The position numbers and the translations under genes are program-made. Of a DNA stretch of 64,000 nt, positions 10,133 to 19,600 are shown piece by piece. Source of the DNA: Candidatus Omnitrophota bacterium (GTDB taxonomy: Bacteria > Omnitrophota > Gorgyraeia > 1-14-0-20-64-10); the NCBI GenBank assembly GCA_023248155.1, contig JAHFFE010000001.1, positions 148,873 to 212,872 on the forward strand, written 5' to 3'. The stretch's first letter is position 1. The number at the start of each line of letters is the position of its first letter. Below the pieces are notes generated by a model that worked only from the letters and a program-made list of their open reading frames with translations, was not told where the DNA came from and made no database searches.

Positions 10133-10393
10133 GAAAAGAAAAGCCGACAAAGGACGGCGTGATCAGGCGGTTCGTTCGCTCGCTGCCGGACTGCAGTCGG
10201 CCCGGACTATTTGGGCATTGTGCCCTTCGGCTTGAACCCTGCTTCCCTTTGGGTCTCGGGTGCTGGGGCCTCCTTCCGTGCAGTGTCCACTATTTCGTAG
10301 CCCTGCTTGCTGAAGGGGCGGACAGTGTGTCACGCAAGGGAACTCCAGGCATCGATCCAAAGAGCTTCACGCCAACTTAATCCCTTTGTCGGC
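10133..10393 (-). ncRNA. Candidate structured non-coding RNA (~250 nt), family unassigned
   Basis: Perfect 11-bp terminal pairing (10143-10153 with 10383-10393), a second 7-bp pairing (10156-10162 with 10367-10373), nested helices, an upstream sigma70 promoter and a 3' U-tract. Confidence 0.65.
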
Positions 10394-10400
10394 CACTTCC

Positions 10401-10429
10401 TTTATACTTGATAGCGACTAAAAAAGCAA
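10401..10429 (-). promoter_or_regulatory. Sigma70-type promoter of the candidate ncRNA
   Basis: TTGCTT-17 nt-TATAAA, ending 7 nt before the first paired base. Confidence 0.7.
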
Positions 10430-10536
10430 GGGCAGCTGAAATAATGATTTTGGGATTAAAATGAGGAACTATTTGTTGCAAATTATTTCAAACAACTAGG
10501 GGTTTATAAATACCATAAATATGATATTTATATGAT

Positions 10537-10559
10537 AAAAGTGGTTTAATTAGACCACT
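10537..10559 (-). terminator. Possible intrinsic terminator after era
   Basis: AGTGGT..ACCACT hairpin followed by a T-run on the minus strand. The stem is AT-rich and weak. Confidence 0.4.
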
Positions 10560-11475
10560 AAAATCCAATTTCCTTCAAGAATTTAGAGTCCTTTCTCCAA
10601 TTCTTTGCTATTTTAACCCAGAGATCCAGATAGACGGGCCCGTCGAGCAACTTCTCGATCTCACGTCTCGCTTCCTGGCCGATTCTTTTCAGAATAGCAC
10701 CATCTTTTCCGATTAAAATTCCTTTTTGACTGTCCCGTTCCAGATAAATGTTTGCACGGATATAAGTGCTCGACGACTGGTCCGGTTTTTGCCGCGGCGA
10801 AGCAGTGCCCGGGCGCCATTCTTCGACGAGAACCGCCACCGAGTGAGGAATTTCTTCATGCGTGAACAGCAGTGCTTTTTCGCGGATCAGTTCCTGCGCC
10901 AGTACGCGCATCGATGCATCGGTCACCTGATCTGGTGGATAAGCGGCCGGTCCTTCCGGAAGGGAAGCGATCAATAAATCCAAAAGCGGCTGTGTGTTAT
11001 CGCCTTTGAATGCCGAGATCGGAACGATTTTTCTAAACGGGTATGATTTTTGCGCCTCGGCGATCTGCGGCAAGAGGCGGTCTTTCCGGACGCGGTCGAC
11101 TTTATTGATCCCCAGAAATGCCGCCGGCTTTTCTCCGGCCACCGGTTTTGGAAGCAGGCGCAGAAGCTGGCGATCGTCGTCGGTAAAACCGGCCGTTGCG
11201 TCGGTCAGCATCAGAAAAAAATCGGCCTGGCCCAGCGCGTCGCGGGCCGCCTGAATCTGATGTTTCGCCAGCAATGTTTTGGGTCCGTTGTAGATGCCGG
11301 GCGTGTCGAGAAAAAGAACCTGTGCTTCAGGCAGCGTTAATATTCCGAGCAGCTGCTGGCGCGTGGTTTCCGGTTTCGGCGAGACAATCGCGATTTTCTG
11401 GCCCAGATAGCGGTTGAGTAAAGTTGATTTTCCGACATTGGGCCGGCCGAAAATCGCCACAGTTCCGCATCGCAT
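10558..11475 (-). CDS. era: GTPase Era
   Basis: GRPNVGKSTL, DTPG, NKVD and KH domain (ILIGKDG, VYLDLWVKI). Confidence 0.97.
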   Translation of the reverse strand: MRCGTVAIFGRPNVGKSTLLNRYLGQKIAIVSPKPETTRQQLLGILTLPEAQVLFLDTPGIYNGPKTLLAKHQIQAARDALGQADFFLMLTDATAGFTDDDRQLLRLLPKPVAGEKPAAFLGINKVDRVRKDRLLPQIAEAQKSYPFRKIVPISAFKGDNTQPLLDLLIASLPEGPAAYPPDQVTDASMRVLAQELIREKALLFTHEEIPHSVAVLVEEWRPGTASPRQKPDQSSSTYIRANIYLERDSQKGILIGKDGAILKRIGQEARREIEKLLDGPVYLDLWVKIAKNWRKDSKFLKEIGF

Positions 11476-11487
11476 ACTATTACTCTA

Positions 11488-12981
11488 TCACCGCCGGTTG
11501 GATTCGGCGAGCAGTTCATCCACTAATGCGTTGGTTTTCTGGGCCAGAACTCCGTCGTTGTTTTTTAAATCCTGAATGGAAAGAGGGAAGCGGTCGGTCC
11601 AGTTGTGCGGCCCGACGGTGTTGGGCCGGTTGGTCCGGTGGCTGTTGTCCAATCCGAACAGATCCTGATAGGCGATGACGGCCAGCATCGACGGGGAAGC
11701 GCATGTTTTCCGAAGCAGAGCCACGCGCAGCGTATCAACGGACGCCGGCTCTTTCAAGAACCCTTCGTCGCGCAGCGCTTCAGCCAGTTTTTGAAAACGG
11801 ATCGTGTTGAGGTTGCCCAGTTCGCCGGCCAATGTGGCGCAGTCGTGCGTGGTTGTCACGGCAACCGAGTTTTCGGGGAATGAGCCGGTGTTCCAGTATT
11901 CCGCCGAAAAATCGAGCCCGAAAATAATCGGCTTCATGCCGGGAATGCCGGAACGATCACGCAGTTCGTAAACACCGCTGCTGAGCAATCCCAAATCTTC
12001 AGCGACGATCAGCGCTGATTTCTTGGAAAGAACCGGTTCAAATACTTCGTGAATAAAATTATCGCGCGGCCCGTCGCACCAGCGGCCGTCGAGCATCCGG
12101 ATCACCGATTCCACCGGCGCCGATTCAGGAAACGGCAGCGTTTCGCCGGTAATCAGCGGGTTTTCGAGCCAATGTTTTTTCTTCCAGGCTTCGCGGAGAT
12201 CTTTTCCTCTCCATTTTGCCTTGTCCGCCTGCGGCGGGATCCAATAATAATCATACAACGCGCGGAAATGATCGACCCGGATTCCGTCGAACCAATCGAG
12301 CATTCGGTTGACGCGCAATTTCCAAAGCCGATAGCCGCTTTTTTTCTGAGCGGCCCAGTCGTAGGGGTAATGTTCCCAGAACTGGCCGCCCGCTGAATAA
12401 AAATCGGGCGGAACGCCGGTCCGGCCGTTTAAATCGAAGCATTCGCGGTGCGTCCAGACGGCGTCGCTGTCGGTATTTAAATAAAACGACAGATCGCCCA
12501 GAAGAAAAACATTTTTTTTGTTCGCATGCTCGCGGCAGGCGGCCCATTGCTCGTCGAATTTCCATTGAATGAACGAATAAAACATGATCGAGTCGGCCAG
12601 TCGTTCTTCCCATTTGGCTAGCACTTCCGGCTGGCGTTCCCGTAACGCTTTGGGGAATTTTTGCCACCCGCACCGGAAATGATCCCGCAGAGAAAGGAAC
12701 AGCGCGTAATCGCCGAGCCAGTCCTGATTTTTTTCGCAGTAGCGTTCAAATGCCGCGTCGTGGCGGGAAGGTTTTTCTTGTTCCGAGAGAGTCAGGTAGC
12801 GCGGGTTGGCGGCGAACGCGCTCCAGGTATTGTAGGGGCTGGTATCTTCTCCGTCGTTGATCGGCAGCAGCTGGATCCAGCGCAGGCCATGGTCGGCGGC
12901 CCAGTCAATCAGCAGGCGCAGGTCGGTGATGCCATTGGGCAGCGCGTGTAATGGAACCAGAATACCGGCCGATCGTTTCAA
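11488..12981 (-). CDS. malQ: 4-alpha-glucanotransferase (amylomaltase, GH77)
   Basis: WIQLLP, SPY, GVPPDFYS..GQFW, RVDHFR, AEDLG, TTHD, NRPNT...NW. Confidence 0.92.
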   Translation of the reverse strand: MKRSAGILVPLHALPNGITDLRLLIDWAADHGLRWIQLLPINDGEDTSPYNTWSAFAANPRYLTLSEQEKPSRHDAAFERYCEKNQDWLGDYALFLSLRDHFRCGWQKFPKALRERQPEVLAKWEERLADSIMFYSFIQWKFDEQWAACREHANKKNVFLLGDLSFYLNTDSDAVWTHRECFDLNGRTGVPPDFYSAGGQFWEHYPYDWAAQKKSGYRLWKLRVNRMLDWFDGIRVDHFRALYDYYWIPPQADKAKWRGKDLREAWKKKHWLENPLITGETLPFPESAPVESVIRMLDGRWCDGPRDNFIHEVFEPVLSKKSALIVAEDLGLLSSGVYELRDRSGIPGMKPIIFGLDFSAEYWNTGSFPENSVAVTTTHDCATLAGELGNLNTIRFQKLAEALRDEGFLKEPASVDTLRVALLRKTCASPSMLAVIAYQDLFGLDNSHRTNRPNTVGPHNWTDRFPLSIQDLKNNDGVLAQKTNALVDELLAESNRR

Positions 12982-13361
12982 ATCCGCCTGCTGTTCTTGG
13001 CTAACCAGTCGGCGACATCCTGAACGGTTTTTTCCCGATCGATGAGGCTTATCAGCAGGTTAAAATTCTGATTCTCAGAGGAAGTCAGCGAATAACCATT
13101 TATTTCGAGAAAAATATCAAAACAGGTCCAGGCCATTCGCTTGTTTCCATCCACGAATGAATGGTTTCTTGCCAAAGACTCCAGAAGGGCCGCCGCTTTT
13201 TCAAAACAAGTTGGATAAAGGTCTTTTCCTCCAAAGGTTGCTTGGGGGCGTGCCAATGCCGAGCGCAACAATCCATCATCTCGAATTCCAGCCGATCCGC
13301 CGGTTTCTTCGAGAATCTTTTTATAGATCCAGAGGACTTGGCGATAGCCAAGATAATTCAT
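12978..13361 (-). CDS. doc: Doc/Fic family type II toxin
   Basis: HSFVDGNKR Doc motif, GIRDDGLLRSALARP, LYPT..EKAAAL. Confidence 0.9.
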   Translation of the reverse strand: MNYLGYRQVLWIYKKILEETGGSAGIRDDGLLRSALARPQATFGGKDLYPTCFEKAAALLESLARNHSFVDGNKRMAWTCFDIFLEINGYSLTSSENQNFNLLISLIDREKTVQDVADWLAKNSRRI

Positions 13362-13576
13362 TTAGCAAGACGTTTTAATAACGGAAGATTGCGCTGAATG
13401 GACTGATCGACCACTCGGCGGAATTCCGCGGTAATCACATCATTGGAAAACTGCGCGTCCAGCAAGTGAATCGCTTCTTCCAGCAATTTCGATTGCGGAA
13501 TCCGGCTTTGCTCAGAGAGACGCTTCAGCGTCCTGACTTCTTTGGCGCCCAGCTTGGTTGAGTATTTAATCTGCAC
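13358..13576 (-). CDS. Probable ribbon-helix-helix antitoxin for Doc
   Basis: 72 aa, RHH-like N-terminus (YSTKL...LKRLS...SKLLEEAI), C-terminal LLKRLAK, ATGA overlap with the toxin gene. Confidence 0.75.
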   Translation of the reverse strand: MQIKYSTKLGAKEVRTLKRLSEQSRIPQSKLLEEAIHLLDAQFSNDVITAEFRRVVDQSIQRNLPLLKRLAK

Positions 13577-13593
13577 GGGTTTTGTCCTCCAAA

Positions 13594-13626
13594 GTCAATA
13601 ATACCTGACAAAACATGCTTAGTCAA
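13594..13626 (-). promoter_or_regulatory. Promoter/operator of the Doc TA pair
   Basis: TTGACT-17 nt-TATTAT, with a GTCA..TGAC inverted repeat flanking the -10 box and GGAGG downstream. Confidence 0.7.
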
Positions 13627-13638
13627 GACTTTTACTGA

Positions 13639-16600
13639 TTAGGCCATGGACTCGAGGAAGTTTTGGACGGCGTCGAGCGCCAGCGCCACAGGGGAAGGAA
13701 GATCATCGGGATTAAGCCCCAGCTGGCGCAGGCCCTGTTCGCGATTTTGAATGGAGATCAATCGCAGGGTAGGGTTGTCCAGCAGGTTTGAAGCTTCGAG
13801 GTATCCAATGGCATAGCGCTCTCTGGGTACGCGCATCTGCGCGAGTAAACTGCGCAGAGCATCGGCCTGAGCGCCATCGGATAAAATCGCCACGCGCCAA
13901 CCCCATTGCAGCGCCATCGGAATCAGATCAAATGTTTCCGGATTTTCGAACACAAGCACTGTTGATTCGGGAGCCGCCGAAGTGGGGGAATAGAGAACGC
14001 TTAGCTGTGCCAGCGCCCGGTCCTGCGTGTCGCCGGCGGAAACCGTTTCCTCCTGCCCGGCGGACGGGTTGGTATAGACGACGATTGCCGCGTTAAGGTT
14101 TCGCAGTGAGTCGTGCGGCGCGTTGTTGTGCCGGCCGAGAATGACCGGGACTGTTCCGTCGTCAACGGCCCATTGCTGGACATCCATACTGCCGCCCAGC
14201 AAGATCGCTTCAACGGCCCCCGATTTTATCATCGCCTCAGTGACATCCTCGACGGAGGCCTGTTTTTGTCCGGTTTCCGGTTGGCCGACCAGCGATAGAA
14301 AAATCAATTGATTATCACCGGTTCGTCCCAGCGCCGAAAAGGCGGCATAGGTTGTGTTGGGATCCCACCGGGTTCGGTTCGCATAGGCTCCTTCTGAAAG
14401 ATCCGCGTCGGCATTGGCCGCGCCTCCTTCCGTCGGGTAGTGGCGGATTTTTGAAGCAACCGATTTGCCGTCACGCACCAATACCGGTCCCGCCACCGCT
14501 TCCCGAATCCCGTCGGTTTGCGGGACCCCCTCGGTTAATTTCAAGCGGCGCAGGCCGGTTTTTCCGGAATCGGCCGCCTCCAGCACGAAGACCCACGGTT
14601 CTTCGGCCTGCCGCACACCCGGAATCGCGACTAATTTTCCATCGATAATCAGAAAACCGTTCGGTTCCCAGAAATTGGTCTGCAGAGAGTTGGAAGCGAA
14701 AATCGGTTCCGCGTCCAGCGGCAGAGAAAGGTTATTCCACGAAGAGGGTTTATCGATAATTCCCATCAGAGGATCGCCCGGCTGCTGAGTTTTTGTCAAC
14801 CGGCGCAATCCTTTCCATTCCCACGAGCCGTTGATCACCTGGGGGTTCAGCCGTTGGCGGATCAATGTTTTCGCGGGATGAATGAGGACGGCCCGCCCGG
14901 TCAGCGTGCGGTCCGGCCGCTCGATCGAAACGGTTCGGGTTTCTCCATAGGCCGAATCCCGCAGCGGTTTTGGATCTGCCAGCACAACACCCGCTGTCAT
15001 CTCCGGATTTTGGGCCAGCACGGTTTGGCGGATGGTGACGCGCGGAACATTCGGCAGCGTGCCGAACGGATTTTGGAAATAAGCTCCCTGGGTTCCGTCA
15101 ATTTTAATGAAAGCCGGAGGGCGTTCCGGGTCCGGAGCGACGCCGAAAATATTTTCTATGCCGGTAAGCCATTTCAGGCGCAAGCCAAGATAAATCAATG
15201 GTTTGGCCAGCCCATTTAAATTCCAGGTATTGGCTTCTCCTTGGGATAGAACGACGCCCGCGTCTCGAATCGCGCTGACCGCTTCCGGTGTCAGCCGATT
15301 GAGCGGTGTTCCATGTGAACGCGCGCCGGGAATCAGCCGGAATCGTCCTATAGCCTGGTACTGCCGAAGTTTTTCGTAAATCGGCTGTTTTTCCAGAAGC
15401 CGCCGCGCGTCGTCCAGAGAAGCATCATTCATGACGCCGTTGTCGACCTTGACGATCATGGAAATAGTGAGTGTTGGATTGACGGAGAGCAGCAGTTCGG
15501 CCAGTTTCAAGCTGCCGGCGATCTCCGCGTTGTTATCCGTGATATGGACAAGCGATTGACCGGGTTTCAAAATATCGGCGATGAAAGAGTGGATAAACCG
15601 CTCACCGCCGAGCGCTTCGGAAAAATCAGTTCCCATTCGCGGCAGAACATAGTGCATGACGCCGCCGGCCTGCTCGATTTCACGGGCCAGCGCCGGTTGT
15701 GAATAATCGATCAGGTTCAGCGCGATGGCCAGCCGCAGCCATGGCAGAAGTTTTTTGCCCGGATTTCTCCGCAGCTTGACGGGGTTATCCGTGAAAGTTT
15801 CAGGCTGGTTTTGCAGAAGAGTCCGGATCGCGGCAGCGGCGGCCCGGTTGCCGGATTCATTGGAAAAACTCAGCGGATTGGCCAGCGCCTGCTCCAGTAA
15901 TTGCGCGGGGATATGCGCTCTTGAGAGACTTGGCGAGATCAGCGGCACCAGCAGGCGAGGCAGATCCCGGTAAGACCAGCGGTAAATTTCTGATTCGGAA
16001 AGATTCGGGAAAAGCCGTTGTCCGGCGCTGTCCTCCGCGTAACTGAGGGATCTCATCAAGGACTGAATCTGTTTAAGCCCCAGATCTTCGGCGGTAACGG
16101 GAGCGCTGGGCTGCTGCCGCGTGATTTGTTCGGCGGCTCCGCGCAGAGTTTTCTCCAGCGCCGCGATCCACTCGTTCTCCACATAATCGCGCAGAATCTC
16201 CTCGGATATTTCATTGCGCAAGAAAGGACCGGCGTTGTATTCCGAAACAGAAAGCGGAGGAAGCGCTGTTTTTTCCTGCGGCGGAGCGGCCATCAGCGCC
16301 AGAAAAGCTTTTACCCAGCGGATATCTTTTTCCTGGGCATCCTCGGTTGGCGATTGATCCAAAAACGGAGAAATTCGCGGATCAATCTGTCCGTCTCGAA
16401 CGAACGCCAGACGGAGAATTTCGGCGGCTGTTTTAGCAGGTGCGGCGCCTTCCAACAGCATTGGTTCGAATTGTTTTAGCTTGTCCTGATACAGCTGGGG
16501 AATGTTCACCGGCCTGCCATCCGCGGGTTTTGCTTCTCTTAAAACAGGACGAATCGCGTTCCAAAAACCGACTATATTTTGATCCGGAGAGAATTTTTGT

Positions 16601-19600
16601 ACGGCGGTTCCCAGCAAGCTGTCAAAACCGCGGTTCCCTTCACGGATTTCTCTTTGCTGGTAGGTTGTAAACAGTTCCAGCAGTCTTGCGATGGAAGGAA
16701 GAAGAGAAACCGAATTCGTTTGCGCGAACAGAAAATCAGCTGCTTCCAGCCGTTCCACAACGTTTCCATTTAACTGATCAATCAATTGTTGCGCGCGCTC
16801 GATCGTAAGAACGGGTTTGGCGCCGGATTCAGATCGGGGATCTTTTATTCCGCGAATAAGAATGGGTGGTTGAGGCCAGCCGGCTTCTCCGCGGGCTTTA
16901 TTTTCACGGACAATTAAATCTCTGTAACGATGCTGTTGGAGAGTGTCTTTACTCAGACCAAGCCGATCCGCCAAAGCGTCTAGTTCAGTGGTTTCCCCCG
17001 GATGTTCGTGAAGCATCTGTATAATTTGCTGATGATTTCTCTGCCACCGGGCATTTCGACCCGATTCTTCCAGTCCGGCGGATGTTTTATCGGGGGGCAG
17101 AACTGTGCGGGAAGGTGAGAAATCAACAACCGGGCCCCTATCCTTGGGGAGTTCCTGTTCGATCTGTTTCGCGGCTTCTGAGAAAAGATGCTCGAGTTCA
17201 TCCGCGGCCGATAAATCAAGAGATTCTTGCAAAACGGGGTAAGCTCTTTGCCAAACCAACCGGGCGCTGCGAAAATCCCCGAGAGGATCTTGTTCCGGGA
17301 ACCGCCTTTTCAAATCATCGAGGAACCGGTTAAATGTCTGGTCGGCGGCATCGCGCAGCACCAGATTATGAAACAACAGCAAAACCGTCCAGACCTCATT
17401 CATCGTGAAAGAAGCTCCCCGGTTGGCGCGCCGCTCTATTTCCTGAACGGCCAGCATCGTCGAGTCTCCGTCGTGGGCGCTTTCGGCGAAGAACTCCACC
17501 GCGTCTCGCGGGGGAACAATCTGCACTCTCCAGATTTTCTCGCTCCGCAGAAGCTTCGCATTGTCGGTTTCCCAGAAAATCGCTGTGTAGCCATCGGACG
17601 GTTTTTCTCTCGATAAAATGGCGCGGAACCGATCCGTGATCTCGAGGCGGACTTCCAGCGCGGCGAACGCCTCATGAAGTTTCTGAGTTTTTCTTAAGGA
17701 TCCCGACAAATCTTCCGGCAGAATCTTGTTGAGCGTTTGTGAGGAAATAGATGCCACGCCGTCTTCAACTGTAAATTGGACTTCTTTCCGGCCGTCTTTT
17801 TTGCGGGGGCCCCCGCCTCTCAAGCCTGCCGCGATGGTTTCCAGCAAGACGGGGATAATCGAGTTGACATCAGCGGCAACTGCTTCTTCTGATTCGTCAG
17901 CTTTTTCTGAATTACCGATTTGAACCTTCGTTAATTTCGTTTCAGCCAATTTTTCCGGCAGCGCTTGATTAATGCCAGCCAACAGCTCTTTCCTGTTGGA
18001 AAGGAAAGATTGGCTGGGCGAGCCCCCAAACAGCCGCGCGGCCTCGCGCTGAGTCAGTTGAATGTCTCCTTCTCGATTTTCCGCTACCAGCGCGGCCACC
18101 AGGCGGGCCGCCAGATCATCCGGGGTTTCTTCCAACCCGGAGGTGGCCTGTTTCAGCAGAGTCAGCGCGGCGGCGAACTGGCGTTCCTCATCGGTTCCGA
18201 TCCGGCTGAATATAATTCCATTGGCGATTGCTCCTGCGATGAGCGGGTCCGCATGAAAATGGGAGATGAGTTCCGAAGAAAGAGCCTCTCGAATTAAACC
18301 GATTGCCGGAGCAGGACCCAAGGCAACTGCCAATCGATGCACGACGCTGCCCGCCAGAACGGTTCTTTGTGGAATGACTTCGGGAATAGTTCCCGTCAGA
18401 TAAGGCGCCAGCGCTGCGGCCATGAACCGGCCGATCTCTTGCGCAACTTCTGCATTGTCATAGCCGAGCGCTTTCACGCGTTTTTCCAGTGCCGGTTCGC
18501 TTAAGAGTTGTTCCACTTGTAGTTCGGTGGTGGTCGGTTGAAAACGCATTCCCTTCAACTCTCGGCCTTTATATTCATAATGCTTACCATTATCCGTTGA
18601 GGTAGTAACGCGGCCTACCTCAAGAAATCCAAGGCTGCGTGAGACGGGTCTGCCGTTAGCAGCCAGATCACCGCTGATTCCCGGTCCAAAATAGAAAAAG
18701 GCCGCATTTTGTACGCCATGAATTGTTCCGATGGCGCTGAGTTCTCCCAACAGAGAGGCCCGTCCTCGGTTGTAAACGGAAACAACAGCGCTGGCTTTTC
18801 CACCCAGCCGTGCTGAGAGCTTTTCTTGAAGAACCGCGCTCAACGAGTAATGATCAAACGCCGGCAGGTAAGGGGCCGGCTGCGGATTTCCGGTTTCTCC
18901 GTCGGATGCTTCATCATTGACGGCCGCAACAATCGAAACAACCACCCGGCTTAACCGATCGCCGGACAATCCCGTGTCGTCGACCATTTGGGCAATCTGA
19001 TTAACGAGCGCAGCAACAATCAGTTCCGGATTTTTATTGGGATCCAATGTTCCGCCGGTGGTCGACCATTTTTGCATTGGCGGAGCAGTGCGGCGCTCCA
19101 CCTTGTTGTCGGGCCCAGAGAGTGCGACCGAAAATCCTTCCCGTGTGATATCGACACCGACGGCGTAGCGCTTGTTTCCATAAGCGGCCCGAATTTCAAC
19201 CGCTTCCGGGCTCAATTTTTTAGGCGGCGGAGATGGCGGCACAGGATTTCTGAATACAAAAACGCGGCGCGTACCCTCGCCCGGCGCGTAAGTTTCTTCC
19301 GCTAACGAAAAGAGTCCTTCACGGTATGCCCGCCTTAGCAACGGGGTCCCCATCTTTCCACCCGCTTTTTTTCCGGCCGCGGCAGCGGCGGATTGATCTT
19401 TATCCAATTGCCCGAACAGTTCTCGGACCAAGTCCATTGGGTCATCAGCCGGCTGCGATTCGCCCAGCGATTGTTCAAGCAGTTCTTTGAGTGAGAAAAA
19501 ATCCTTTGCCTGGTCCTCAAGCACCGCCCTTAACTCCGGGCCGTTCCATGTCAGTGTGACGCGGGTGTTGAGTTGCGGCTGATATCCGTAGGCGTGCTGA

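Noticed and set aside
10159-10380. Short ORFs on both strands within the structured intergenic region
   Set aside because: No ribosome-binding site or protein features; extensive base-pairing explains the region better as RNA.
10143-10393. Assignment of the ncRNA as RNase P, tmRNA or canonical SRP RNA
   Set aside because: No GAGGAAAGUCC P4 strand, no tRNA-like ends, and the SRP-like segment lacks CAGG and a GNRA loop.
10430-10556. AT-rich stretch as a replication origin
   Set aside because: No clear DnaA boxes (TTATCCACA) or origin-linked genes seen.
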